A stretch of 64,000 bases of DNA from Amphiscolops sp. MND2022 (Eukaryota). The notes beneath the pieces were generated by a model. That model did no database searches, was not told the origin of the DNA, and worked only from the letters and a program-made list of their open reading frames with translations. Shown here in pieces: positions 25,150 through 38,143 of this stretch (its first letter is position 1; each line of letters opens with the position of its first letter). The stretch covers positions 10,788,001 through 10,852,000 of the forward strand of contig OZ076419.1 of NCBI GenBank assembly GCA_964187785.1. The letters are read 5' to 3'. Both the position numbers and the translations under genes were made by a program.

Positions 25150-26200
25150 GACGTTGTCAGTAAACTAGGTGTTAAGTGAAAAACTGCGGAAAACAGAACC
25201 CTTTGCCTTTAGCGCGACAAATCTTCACATGCTCCATTGTGAAGTTTTCTGCTCAACATCTCAGACAATCATTGCTTTTGTTCACTACGCAAACTGGTTC
25301 TGCTTTGATTTCTCGTTGTTTCCCCATATGATTTCTGGCGTAGTGTTCCTTCTTCAAAGGCTATCGCAAACTTCAGAGCATCTTTCGTAGTAGTTTTTGT
25401 TCCGTGTATAGTTTTTCTTGGACCGTTAAGCGTCTCATGTTCAAAATGAAGATGTCATGCACTAGGCTCTCGGTTCTGTTCCCAAAATCACATTCTGCTG
25501 CCATGCCTTGCAGCGAATGCCGAAATTGCTCTAATGTTTCCGACTGCAATTGCTTCCTGGGCAGAAATCTGATTCTGTCTAGTGTGCGATTATGCTTTAT
25601 ATTAAAGGTCTCTTTGTAGATCTTCATCAGTTCACTTAACGATATCTTTGCAAGTTTCGCTGTTGCATTTTTGTCTACGAAAGGTTTCCTCGCCGGGTAC
25701 CCAATGAAAGTCACAGGACACTCACGCATTTCCGCTCAGCCGCTGCGTGTTCTAAATTATTGAGGAGCACCTTGTTCCTGTCTGTTTCGTTTGCTACAGT
25801 TCGAAATACCTCAGAGATTGCGATTGAATACTTTGCTGTCATAGCGACGGCAATTAGATCACTCCACTTTCTCCGCTCCACACTCGGCTTCTTTTGTGGA
25901 TCGGTACAATATGGGCTCAACCCTGCAACGGCGGAACTTCCGTCTTTTCTTGTGCTGTCATGTAACTCGTTCGCTCGCAGTGCCATGTTAAAGTGGAAAA
26001 CTGCGGTCTAACGATATTGATATCTCGTGCAACAACTTTATATCTTGACAACTTTCTGCACTGAAAGTAACGTGTGTCGTTTCGACCACGATTTTTGACA
26101 GGTACATGATTAAATGTTTGCAACTGATGCATTAATTTATTGTTAGCGCATTTGGTTTTTTAAGCCTTACGGCTTGTGCCACACTAGGGGTGATTCACAA
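25150..26200 (-). mobile_element. Second Gypsy remnant (gag only)
   Basis: HNRTLDRIRFLPRKQ...FRHSLQGMAAECDFG...DIFILNM gag segment plus a CLRC..NFT..H..C knuckle; related to the gag at ~12.7-13.1 kb. Confidence 0.75.
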
Positions 26201-26557
26201 GAACAGATATCGTCGCTTCTCGATTCGGTTTCTGGGTTTCCAATAGTCCGCGTGGCCTTTTCTCTGGCAACATTGCTAAAAAAACGGATCACCAAGAAAA
26301 AAAATAGAAGAACATATTAGACATCTCCAACTCATGTTCTATTGCGCGTTAAGGCCTCCATCAAGCGGACTTGTGCCTTCGGAAGTCTTTTCTGTTGAAT
26401 TTGTTTCATGAATTTTTTTCATTGAAATTGTTGTTCATATCATTCAACAGATCAATTAATATTGTAAGTGTTGTTTAGCAAGTTTTTGTTCATAACATTC
26501 ACCAGATAAAGTAACTTATTATTAATATGTATTACAATCCCTGCTTACACCCTGCAG

Positions 26558-26776
26558 GAACCGAATAAACTGGCCAAATACGTGGGCGCTGTCACTGTGA
26601 GCGAAAAGGGCTACCAGACGGCGGTTTGTTGGGCCCATGACAACTCGCTGGTTGTGACAGCCGACAACACAGGCTCCCTCAAAGTTTGGGCCTTTCCGGG
26701 GCTGAAGAAGGTGCACGACTTACAGGCACATACTTCGGACATCGAGTGGCTGACGTCATCGCCGAACAGTAAACAT
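26558..26776 (+). CDS. PREB: PREB exon 3
   Basis: cctgcAG acceptor; YQTAVCWAHDNSLVVTADNTGSLKVWAFPGLKKVHDLQAHTSDIEWL WD40 repeat; GT donor at 26777; phase 0-0. Confidence 0.9.
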
Positions 26777-27085
26777 GTTAGAATATAAATTCAATTCGGA
26801 CTAGTTTTAGAAAATTTGTTCTTAAGTTTGCACGCAAATCTTTACAGTAAAGCGAAATTGAATGTTTTGGTGACTTAAAAGTAGTTTCGGAAAGAAAAGG
26901 ATTCAGTTTATCATCAGATTGCTGAAGTTTACCAGATTCTCACTTAGAGAACGATTTTGTGCTTTCATGAACGTTAATTTACGGTTAAAACTTAGGTTTT
27001 TCGAAACATGGCGAAATTCTCATTTAATGAATGATTCAATCGACAATTTTTCTCATGAATGCCATTATATTTTCGTTACCTTAAT

Positions 27086-27377
27086 TTTTGCACATGACAA
27101 AGTCAATGTGCATTGCAGTCCAGCTAAGTAAGTTTTTTTCCACTATAGTCAACTTCATAATGAGCGCCTTTTAGAGAAAAGCCAAAACCCCAGAGAGATT
27201 CGAACCTGCAGCCTCCCGACTGCACGGCATAAGTGTTGACCACTGTGCCATAGGGACGTTATTGAACAAAGTTTAACTGTTGAATATATACGCATGCGAT
27301 TAAAATAGTATATATACGCATATTAAAATAATCGATGTCTTCGTCATGTGTTGCGAAGCACCGCTTCGCCTCTGTGT
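27086..27377 (+). mobile_element. HINE/DINE-1-like element, family B, with internal tRNA-like cassette
   Basis: 5' T-run, then GCACATGAC-AAA-GTCAATGTGC hairpin; 3' subTIR TCGTCATGTGT (27341-27351) followed by hairpin GCGAAGC-ACC-GCTTCGC and CTCTGTGT. Confidence 0.65.
27190..27257 (-). ncRNA. tRNA-like pseudogene or Pol III promoter cassette
   Basis: A box TGGCACAGTGG and B box GGTTCGAATC at tRNA spacing; acceptor and T stems pair poorly. Confidence 0.5.
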
Positions 27378-27856
27378 TTAAGTTGAAACAGCTGTTCGAA
27401 GGATAGTGATAGAAGAACCGAAGGTATGTATGATGTATGTCTCCTTTAAATAAGTTTAACAACGAATAAGTTGTTACAAAAATGTTGCAAAATGATTCAT
27501 GAATAGAGTTGTTTTAATAGCAGGGTTGACCAAACGGGTGTTTTAATCGACTAATAGCTTTGTCTTTTTCCGAAATAAACATGTTTTTCCCTTTTTTGTT
27601 TACAGAACACAAATCAAGAACAAATTGTATTTATTGAATTATTTATTCAGTTCTTGATACAGAAAAGCAAGTATTTTGCAAATTTTCAACTTTTAGGTCT
27701 AAAAAATCGTCCCAACTTGGGTCCTTCACACGAGACATGACTACCTGAAACAGTGAAATATTTTGAAAATGTAGCATATTTTGTTTGAAAAAAACACCTG
27801 TTTTTCAAGGTGTTCTAAACCTGCCAACCCTGTATAATAGCGCAATATTTCTCCAG

Positions 27857-28196
27857 GTAGTGACTTGTGGCAGAGATGGTTCCATGAAACACATAGATGT
27901 CGAGAAAGGAACCATCACGACAGATTTGTTTTGGACTTCGGACGAAGCTCTTTTGAAGACATACAGATGTAGGGCCTGCAGCTACGCGCTAGTGAACCAC
28001 GGGCAACAAAACGTGAAACTTTTTTCTGTTCACATTCCGAAAGTGATGAAAAACAAGACGAGGCTTCCCATGTATCTTGTCAAGTGGGATTCCAGACTCC
28101 TACCCGAGCGAAGGGCCCTTTTGTCTGACAAAGACACCCCTTCGTGTATTTGTGTCAGTAAAGACGGAAACTTTATCGGCATCGGGTCTTTAGAAG
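27857..28196 (+). CDS. PREB: PREB exon 4
   Basis: ctccAG acceptor; VVTCGRDG...YRCRACSY...PSCICVSKDGNFIGIGSLEG; GT donor at 28197, phase 1. Confidence 0.9.
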
Positions 28197-28262
28197 GTAG
28201 GGTTTGGAAATACTGCAGTAGATGATGCTATTTTGAACGAAGAATGTTCCACTGATACTTTA

Positions 28263-28962
28263 ACAAGCCGGGACCGGCCCAAGTCGGCGCCATATCCAAG
28301 GCTCAAAAATAGCAAAAAGACTTCCAAGTGTCAAGTATTCGTTTACAGTAGTCGAAACTCGAAAATTTTTCGAAAATTTTTTTTTTGAAAAAATTACATA
28401 CTAAAAAAATGGACCGAGTGGCGCGCCGGGGCTCGCTACCGCGAGCCCCTGGCGCGCTAACGTCTCACAATGCCGAAAAACTGAAAAGGGGGACCCTTTG
28501 AGGTTTTTCAACATCCATTCTGTCGCAAAACATGAAAAAATTGAAGAAAAAAATTTTTTTATTTTCGGGAGAAAATCTCACAATGCCGAAAAAAACTGAA
28601 AGGAGGAACCCTTTGGGATTTTCCAACATCCATTCTGTCGCAAAACATCAAAAAAAATGCAGGGGGGACCCTTTGCGGAAAAAAAATTTCGAAAAAAAAA
28701 TCCGAAAAAAATGTCTCGCAGTGCCGAAAAAAAATGAAAGGGGGGACTCTTTGGTCTCGCCCGGTATGATATGTTACGCGGAAAAACAGGTAAATTCATT
28801 TTGGTCCAGTTCGCTAGGCCAAATGGTGCTATTTGACACCATAATATTTTGTAGAACTTTTAAGAACTATTTTGGTCAGTTCGTGTGGATTGAAAAAAAA
28901 AAAAAAAAAAAGAAAAGTCACTATAATAGTCGCGTTTCACTTCATGAAGCGCCGACTAAAAA
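28263..28962 (-). mobile_element. HINE family A copy 2 (PREB intron 4)
   Basis: Hairpin GCCG-GGAC-CGGC, subTIR 28282-28290, opposite subTIR 28949-28957; internal 16-bp-stem GC hairpin at 28421-28457. Confidence 0.7.
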
Positions 28963-28970
28963 CTCGATCA

Positions 28971-29103
28971 TCATGTAAAGGTTTGATGCAAAAAATTGGT
29001 GAAAATACTAGAAAAAATGGTTATTTTGTCAGTGAAATGATTTCACTGACAAAATAACCACTTTTTCTAGTATTTTCAATTTTTGCATCAAACCTTTACA
29101 TGA
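28971..29103. repeat. Near-perfect 133-bp palindrome (foldback element)
   Basis: Arms of ~67 and ~63 bp around a 3-nt loop (TGA, 29038-29040). Confidence 0.9.
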
Positions 29104-29431
29104 AGTGCGGTATAACTACCGCTTTCAGAAGGATTCTAATTGACAGATAGCGCAAGTTTCAATGAAACTTTCTCGAAGTTTTCTTGATAGATATACTTGA
29201 AGATTAATTTCAAACATTTACATCATTTCAAGTAACAAAAAACTGATATTTCAACTTTTTGAAAATTTTTGTCTCATAGCAATAATGTAAAAATCAACGT
29301 TTAAGATGAAAAACGTTTGAAAAACATTAAAATTTGTTTTTCTGCATGACAATGGTTTTTTTTCAATTAAAAAACAATCAAACAACCAACCAAGCACCTC
29401 TGCTGATTGCAAACCCTAACTCTGTTGTCAG

Positions 29432-29736
29432 GCCACATATCTATCTACATTGCCTTTTCGCTGAAGTGTGCTAAACGCGTGGACAACGCTCACTCGTCTT
29501 TCGTCACTGGTCTGTCGTTCGCCCCCGTGAGTTTCTGCGAACAGCCTGGCCAGGTGATGCAGTCGCGACTGTTCGTGGACTTCGACGCAGTGCTGCTGAG
29601 CATCTCCATCGACAAACAGGTCAACTGCACCATGCTGCCTGTCAGGACTTCTCTCTCTGTGGCCACGGCCCTCATGCTCTGTTGTCTCGTCATTGTCCTC
29701 ATTGGTGTCGGAATTGCAATCGGATCTAATTTATAG
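29432..29736 (+). CDS. PREB: PREB exon 5 (last), with C-terminal transmembrane anchor
   Basis: CTAAC branch point plus gtcAG acceptor; phase 1 restores G-H-I-S-I-Y; AHSSFVTGLSF, LLSISIDK; hydrophobic TALMLCCLVIVLIGVGIAIG; TAG stop. Five exons total 1194 nt = 397 aa plus stop. Confidence 0.9.
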
Positions 29737-29910
29737 TCATTTGATTGGCCAAAAATGAAAATGAGTTTGGTGGTTAGAATTTTGGTAGTCGTCGTGACTG
29801 GAGCCTAGGAGCCTGCCAGCATGAAATCACGCGCGAATATGCGAAAAAATTGCGGACAGAAAGTTGGAGCAATGGCTGATTTCAGTTCAATTTTACAGAA
29901 ATGATGTACA

Positions 29911-30261
29911 ACAAGACGGCAACGTCTCAAGTCGGCGCTATATCCAAGGCTCAAATAAAATCGAAGGGGACCTTTTGGAGACAAAAAAATTTCGAAAAAA
30001 GTCGCACAGTGCCGAAAAAAAACGAAAGGGGGGCCCTTTAACCTCATCCGGTTTTGTAGGCTACGTTAAAAAAGTGAAAAACCAAAGGGCGACCCTTTGG
30101 AATAACTTAGATGCGTTTCGCAGGTATTCGTTTAGTTGAACAAACTGAACAAAATTTTTGTCGCATCCGAGTCTGTCTTAATCTTCAATTTGAGAAAAAG
30201 AAAAAACGAGTGACTGTAATAGACGGGCCCCGTATTTATTTCTAAAAGCGCCGACTAAAAA
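29911..30261 (-). mobile_element. HINE family A copy 3 (a further terminal fragment at ~30530-30665)
   Basis: Hairpin AGACG-GCAA-CGTCT, subTIR 29930-29938, opposite subTIR 30248-30256; a second GCGCCGACTAAAA end at 30653-30665. Confidence 0.7.
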
Positions 30262-31644
30262 TAACAGAATTCAGAGATTTAAAAAATTATTCATGTAGCA
30301 TACTTTTCATTAGATGGTTTTTACTTATTTTCAAAATTCTTAACTTGATTTCGTAGGTATCCACAGACTGTAAAAACAACCGATATAGCTAGTAAAGCTT
30401 CTTATTTTGAAAAAAAGTGTAAACGTTCCTTCGACGGATTACCTGGAACGTTTTGAAAAAGGACAAAACTTCAAAGTTTGACAGTTATCCATTTTTCGTA
30501 CGAAATTCTCGTGACAATAGGATAGAGCAGAGCGTTTCCCGGGTATTCGTTTAGTTTCCTTTAGTTGAGCAAAGTGAACAAAAATTTCGTCGCTTCGAGT
30601 CTTTTTTTAAAAAACGAGTAACTGTAATAGTCGGGCTCTTCTATTAATAAAAGCGCCGACTAAAAGTACAGTTGTTTGATAGTTTCTGGGTCGAAACTTC
30701 CGCGGTCTGAAGTGACAAAATTTTTGAAAAAAATCAACTGAAACTTCTTTCTACAGCTGCTGGGGTTGATTGAAGGAACCCAAAAATTACCGCAATTGAT
30801 GAATGTTGAGGCATTCAACTTTTGTTGCTCTTACAGAAATCTTGCAACTGTCCAATTTTACTTTAGAACAATCATATTCAGCCAATTTCTAGTTCCGCCG
30901 CAGAATCACGCCATGTCACAGAGCAATCTGATTGGCTAGAAAATCACGCTAATTCATGCACGTGATTTTATGCTGGTCCTATTGTAGCCGCTCGATAATG
31001 TAACCGAATAGTAATATGGAAGAATTTGCATGCATTGACTTTCATTTACTCTGTCCGGTTGCAAAGTTGCATAGTTTCATCATTCAAAACTCACGGATCG
31101 AACACTGTTGATCACAATATCAATTTTTATTCGTTTCAGCTATAATTTTTTCTACATTATTATCGAGCGGCTATTCTCCCCTGTCACCATAAATTTTATA
31201 TAACGGTCAACTCCGGATATAACAAAGTGAGAGCCTATATGCAGATTTTTTGAATTCGTTTTAGCCGAAACTTGTTTCAAGATGAATTCTTACTTTCTTC
31301 AGAATAAATTTGTTATAATCGGAGCCAACTCTAGTGCTTAATGCTTCCCTGTAAAAACAAGTAAGACCACTTGAACGTCTCATCTCTTTGGAAAACTATT
31401 TCCCTCTTTCGTGTTTCAATTTTGGACACTGTTGAAAAAACTTTCATTTCCGAATTGATATGTCCGTATGTTTTAATCAAGTGGTCGTGTAACTGAAAAA
31501 CCATACCTTGTATTTTTGCAAATTTGAATATTTATACTATACTCGTGTACATTTCTGTCATCAATTATAATCATTATTTTGCCAATAAATTTTTTCATGG
31601 TATACTAGCAACCCCTTAATCTAAACACTGAAGCAAAGATTTAG

Positions 31645-31711
31645 AGCTGAAAGGATTCGAACCTGTTTCTCCAAGTCGCGACATGACGTGCTGACTCTTA
31701 CACTACAGCGA
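31645..31711 (-). ncRNA. tRNA-like sequence (probable pseudogene or SINE head)
   Basis: GGTTCGAATCC B box, partly pairing acceptor (GCTG/CAGC), D and T stems; anticodon stem is defective. Confidence 0.45.
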
Positions 31712-32080
31712 TATGTGCGCAGTCCGTCTAGACTTATTAACCAAATTAGTTGTTGCTATAGGATAGTTAACGGTATAGATTTGCATCGTCGACTCCAAAG
31801 CTTTCAAGAAGAGTGGCCGCGTAAAATAAAACATTGACTCAAAAGAAGCGAATGAATAGTTGTGGAATGAATTGCTGGAAACGCTATCAAAAACATGTGC
31901 CGCTAGCTACTGAAACTTGCAATTTTTAAATTTGGAACGCTTTTTGTATTTCACTACCTTGATGCTACACAGGAAGGTTGGCTTCTAGATTAATTCTATC
32001 TAAATAGAAAATAGTTTGAGACACATAGCTCAGTCGGATGCAAGAAACATAATTTTTCCAACAGAGATGGTAACATGGCT

Positions 32081-32949
32081 TTTTACACTTGCGATAAGCA
32101 AGTGTTATGGGAAAGTGCGGGTGCTTTTTTTTTCCGCGCGACAACTCTCGTTTCAGACCGCAAGTCGCATAATTCAGACTTTTTTGATCTAGCGGTAAGA
32201 TGCTTGCTTTTCAACCCAGAGGGTCCGGGTTCGAACCCGTGCCTATGCGCTAATTTTTTTTACAAAATTTTCGAAGCAGAAGATTCTCACTTTTTTCGAC
32301 AATATGAAACCCCCCTCCCCCTTTTCGGCTTTTTGAGTGTCCCCAAAGGGTCCTCCCTTCATTTTTTTTGATATTTTGCAACAGAACGAACGTTAAAAAA
32401 TTCAAAAGGGTCTCTTCTTTGAGATTTTTCGGCACTATGAGACTGTTAAAAATTCGCTATTTTTTCGAAAATTTTTCGAGGTCTCCAAATGGTCCCCAGT
32501 GTTTTTCATATGCGGCTTTTTTAGTTTTTTTTTCATCAAAGTCCCCCCTCAATTTTTAACAAAAATGAAACGTTTTGCGACTCTAAAGGACTCGTCAAAG
32601 TTTTCGGCACTATGCGACTTCAAAAATTTTGTCGGTAACCTTCAAAAAAATTTTTCGAAAATATTTTGGAAAAATTTCGGAAAATTTTTGAAAAAAATTC
32701 AAAAAAATTTTTCCTTCAATTTTCTGTTTGTTTTTAAGGTTTTACGTTGAGGAAGATGGGTTTTTTGCTGTTTTCAGTTGGGGAAGAATGGTTTTCGAGA
32801 CTTATGCCCATCCCTTCGGGTATTTTTTGGCGCTGTAAAATTGATGAAATTTTAACATAGTCCTTTTACCCTTGGTTATACGTATGATATTGCTTATTTG
32901 GTTTTCAAAACTTCGCAAGTGTTTGCGAAGCACGGCTTCGCCTCTGTGT
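32081..32949 (+). mobile_element. HINE family B element inserted in the BEL 3' LTR, containing a family A fragment and a tRNA-like segment (~32186-32248)
   Basis: 5' subTIR ACACTTGCGA (32085-32094) plus IR GCAAGTGT; 3' subTIR TCGCAAGTGT (32913-32922) plus hairpin GCGAAGC-ACG-GCTTCGC. The whole block is absent from the sister LTR near 42040. Confidence 0.8.
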
Positions 32950-34419
32950 CTAACTTTCTATACAAGACGTTTGACCAAAGGTTCGCCTCAAAAGTTTTAA
33001 AGTCTCCTGGGAATCTTCTCTTGAACACGTCAAGTATACCAAAGAATGGATTTTCTTCGAAAAAGGTTGATTCAGGAATTGAATAAAATTTTGAACTTCC
33101 AAAGCGTTGAAAAATTTCATGCTTAGTAGTCGGTACTTTTGTTACGAAAAAGTGACCGACTATGTGCACTTTTACCATGAGTACTTGATACTTATTCTGA
33201 ATGCATCCTCTAAAAAACCATGAAATACAAACCATTCCAAAGCAGAAGGGCCCCTCTTTCAATTCTTTTATCCCAAAAGGTTTGGTTTTACTTCAGCATT
33301 GAGTCTTCTACAATTTTTCCAATTTTTTGACGTCACCAGAGAAAAGCCTCTTCGGTTATTTCTATTTTCTTCAACCAACTGGAGTAAAAAACCCAAACAG
33401 TCTTTTTGCATTTTTTGGCGCTATTAGACTCTCTTAAAATTCTCATTTTCGTCTGAAGTTATATCCTCTCAATATATGTCTGAAAGAATCTAGGCTTCTC
33501 GGTTTACTAGATGTCGTTTTGAAAAGGCAAACAGGTCAATACTGTATTATCTCCATGATATTCTGTCGAACCAGCCATAAATGTTCAAAATTTGGAGTCA
33601 AATGAAAAACAAATATTAACAAAACTCGTGCTTGGACAGGCAAAAGAACGATATTTATTTATCAATATGAGTCAACAATGATAAACATTCACAAACAAAA
33701 GTATTTGACATTTAGGATAACAAAGGACAGCAAGGCCTTTTTATACAGACTTTTCAAGATTATTTTACCAGTTATTTGTAGTTCACTACTATTTTTCGAA
33801 ATTAATAAGTTTCCGTTCGAGGCATTGAACGCGTTCGGAAAACCTTTTAGGCGATAATTCAATAGTGCGTTATCCACTATGCCAAGGAGACTTATTAGCT
33901 AATTAATCTTGTTTACATTGCGAACGCACCATCCTCCGGGCCCCAGAAGATGACGAAACTTGTTTTCACAAATAAAAAATTCTCAGTATTTGTTTTTCAT
34001 GAACAATTTAGGACAAATATGGGTTAGAGGAAACATGTTAATTAAGTATTCATGTGATTAAACTTTTTGAAAATTCTGAGATTTTCTCAGTTACATGTTG
34101 TGATAAATGTCGGTCTGTATTCAAACTAGGAAATTTGCAAAATAGAGACAGGAAGAACCGGGGCGAGTTTTACAACCGGACGTACGAGGGATCCATTTTT
34201 CGTCTTCACTTCGGCGGAAAGTGCAACAGCATCACAGTTTATCGACTCTGGCGAGCGGGTAGTGTCCTCGTGGGTTTGTGGGTTCTCAACTTTTGGGAGA
34301 ATAACCCCTTTCGTGCCATTGGTAATAAAGAAGTTTACCTCTCGTTTAACTTCGCCCACAGACGTGCTGTGCTCTCCACTTGCAGACGTGGGACGGGTCG
34401 ACTTGTTGGCTTCCCTATC

Positions 34420-36197
34420 ATATGGTGCTTTTTTTCAAACGACATATCCGGCAGTGCCCCATGTTTATGTCCTGCTGCAATAATCTCTGTCTCCGGGATG
34501 CGGAGGCTGTCCCACAAATTCACAATTGTACAATCTCATTTCTGCTTTCGTCCGTTCGGCTAGTAGTATCTCCATCGATGTCGGATGTCTTCAAAAATTT
34601 ACATGGCTTCCACAGAACTGATCGCCTTTCGCTAAGCCGTTGTGAGAGTTTAGCTATCATATTGTTCTTGAGCTGTTATTCCGCTAATCCCTCAAGCTCA
34701 AGAACCAGCAATTGGCAGCTCTCGTGGGCAATATAGAGACTGCAATCACGCTCACTCAATTTGTGAACTACTGCAGCGACACTGTCTAGGACGGATTTAA
34801 GGACTTTCAATTTCATGACATCCGGTTCCGTAACGTCCTCTTGAGTTTTCCCAAGTCAATTAGTGCCTTGGATATCTGCCACCGAAATTTTAAAAATGAC
34901 GCTATCATGGATAACATAGAATCCCACTGGGATTCTATGTTATCCATGATAGCGTCATTTTTAAAATTTCATGGCATCCAGTCTTGGAATCAATTTGGAA
35001 CGTCGATTCCGAAATTCTATCGGCTTGTAAAACAGCCAACACTTTGTCGGTGTTAAGCGCCGATTCTCGGAACAGCTTCACAATTTCTCTCAGTTTGGCT
35101 ACGGAGGCAGATATGTTCTCACTCAGCTCTGTGTAGCCGTCGTCCTCTTGATTATCGTCATCACTGTCACACTCTTGTTCGTCACAGTTAACGACTGCAA
35201 TTGGTGACCGGTACAATTGGTCGCATACAGCCAAATGAACCCCATGTGCCACGCAAAATTGCGTCCAATCCTCCTTCTGCAGTTGACGGGCAACCGCCCA
35301 ATTAGCGCTAGCGCCGTCACAAATCAACGCCACAACATCCTTCGCCATATTGACACGATAATCATTGGGTCGCCTTACAAGTTTTTCTGCAAGGACACTC
35401 GCTGGCGCAGAACCATAAATCTTTGACAGTCCTAATGGTTGTAGCTCGCCACTTTTGCCGTGTAGATTGACACACATGTACTTCCGATTACGAACCGACG
35501 TCCACTCGTCAAAGGTGACAGAAACTTTTTCGCCGTCGCTGAGCTTTGATTGTATAGTTTCTTTGAGATCATGTTGCACGCTTGCTCGAAATGATTGAAT
35601 GTACCGTCGCACAGCATGACGGTCAGTAGGAATCTTCTTAAAACCACGTGCGACAAAGCCTTGGCGAATGTCGTGGGATGAAGCAATCGTATGGAGCGAA
35701 AAGCCATCTTTAGCAGCCATGCGAAAGAGGACCTGGAAACACAATATCATCTGCTTTTTTGACGTAGAAATCTTACACTTTGGTGTACAGTGCACTTACA
35801 AGAGGAAGAGTATCTCGCTCAAACGATTCAGAAAATGTAGCTAGGCGTTTCTTTCTCTTCGGTGCGCTGGTTGACGGTGACGCCGACGGACCGCTCTCCC
35901 TCGATGCTGTTAATGCCTCAAATGCTGCACCGTGCTTTGCCTGGAGATGCGACTTTAACCCTTTTGTGCTACCTCCAAGCGTTTTCACCTGCTTCGCACA
36001 TTGTGAACACTTTGCGGTCTCTCTGTCCAATCGCTCGTAAGGCGCCCAGTATACAGATACACTCATATCTGAGATATACTCAAGTTTTAACAAATTTTAC
36101 AAGTTGTCAACAATCCCGGGATCCCGCGGTGTAAATCCCGGGATCTCAAAATTGCTCGGGATCCCGGGAGTTCGTGATTCCGGGATTCTCAACACTA
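34420..36197 (-). mobile_element. hAT DNA transposon remnant inside the BEL integrase
   Basis: BED finger (W..Y....AKCSQC...GSTKGLKSHLQAKH), VSVTFDEWTS, CDGASAN, CVAHGVHL. One terminus TAGTGTTGAGAATCCCGG with CCCGGGAT subterminal repeats; the other end is missing. Confidence 0.88.
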
Positions 36198-38143
36198 GTT
36201 AAAGCGCCCAAATCGGTTGCATCCGAACTGGCGGGTACCAGCAGTCGTGCATTTGGGCTTTGTTCAACAAGACAGAAGCGCTACGATTTCGTCAGTAAAG
36301 TCTTCAGTTTCCAATAAGAGCATAGAATGTGTGTTTGAAACTTCGCAGCAAGCTTTCTCACACACCTCCGTGGTGTGGGGCACTTGGAGGGTTGAACTTC
36401 CACTTGATGTTTCTTTAAACCATAGAATCACTCAGAACACGCTGATTCCAGCTAAGTACGTTCGCTAAAATATCTTTTTCTCTTGCAATGAACTTTGTGC
36501 CATAATCGGACCAGATGACTGAGGGGACGCCACGGCGGGCCACAAATCTTTCTATCGTTATCACAAAGCTGCTTGTATCCAGTGATGGCACTACTTCAGA
36601 ATGGACTGTTTGTGTAGCTAAGCAGGTAAAAAGGTAACCCCATCGTTTCTCGGATGAGCGTTTAACTGACACGAAAAATAGTCCGAAGTAGTCCAATCCA
36701 GTGTTAGTGAAAAGTGGTGAACTGAACGCTAGTCGCTCAGGCAGCAAAACTGCCATCATTGGTGTTAGCGTTTCGGCTCTGCGTTTTCGACAAACAAGGC
36801 AATGTACCTCGACTGAAAAGATCTCAATGTTGCTCTGAGTCGAATATTGGCGAACTTTTGATGGACCAAGACACGCAAACATTCAACGCTTTGATGGCGG
36901 TGCGTTTTGTTTACGTGCTCAAGAAGCAGACGAACGCAAAGATTGCGACTATCCAAAAGAATGGGATGCTTCATTTGGAATGACAATACTTCTAGTCGTT
37001 TGGTTCGACCAGTGGCCCTAAAAGACCATTTGAGCCAACAAACTGTGAAAAGTTAGAAATCGGGGAGTATTTGTGGATCAGACGCGTGTTTGTCAAGTTT
37101 TTAATTTCGACAGAGAAAAACTCTGATTGAACCAAAAAGAAATTTTTTTGTGTTCAGCTGAAATAAGGTCAGATGGGTCAGCAATGCTTGCAGTGTCAGT
37201 CCGATTGGAAGAGATCTTCGGCAAAGTACGCCACGATGCGCAAAAGTTACTCGTATGAGCTGTACTTTTGCCACTCGAAAGTTGTCGCAGTGAAATTCGC
37301 GCAGACATTGGCATTGAATTCTTCCGTTTCTTCGTTTCTGGATTCTGCCTGTAATGGGTTTGTTTCTGTTAGGTTCATTCGATCCGTGGTTTCCTTCGGA
37401 GGCCTACAAGGATAATCAGTACTTTCCAGAAACTTTGGACTCGTTAGCCAATTGCTCTTCAAGAGGGCAGTGGCGGAAAGACCACGAGTTCCAGCATTTG
37501 CTGTATTGTCGGAAGTTTAGACATCGTGCCATTCGTCTATATTTACCGTCTCCGCTACTTGGTTTGCAACAAAGACTGGTTGCTTTGGAATTGAGTTCAA
37601 CAACTGGAGTACTGTAGTGCTATCGGTCCACATGAAGACTCGTTCAATAAGCATTGTGAGAGCCTTGGTTGTTTCTTGTCGCCGCTAGCAGATCAAGTTT
37701 TGGGCCTGTTAACGGCTTCATCGGTGCTACACGAGCTTTCCCAAACACAAATGCAAGCTCTGTTTGGCTGTCACGTCTTTCCTCGAGTGAAAGCAACAGC
37801 CGAGAAGGCACCTTGGGAACTGCCATCAAACATGTGTAGTTCCACTATTTCGACGGTGTTTTTGAAATAGCTTCTCGGTACGGTCAGCTGGCTCAAGCTT
37901 GGCAGCTCTTCGCTCCATTCAAGGAATTTGTTCACGATGTCTGTTGGTAAATCGTCGTCCCTTTGCTGACCAATGAGGCGCCAGATATACTTCAGAAGGA
38001 GACAGGCGTGTATTGTGTACCCCGGACACAACACCCAGCAAAACACTTTGTGTTACTTTACGGTCCAAGTTTGCGTTCTTCCCACGACCCACAACTAAGG
38101 TGTCTTAGCGATGATTCCATTCCAAACCTATGACGTGAGATTC

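Noticed and set aside
27190-32248. Functional tRNA genes at 27190, 31645 and 32186
   Set aside because: Acceptor or anticodon stems do not pair properly, and two of the three lie inside repeats; treated as tRNA-derived.
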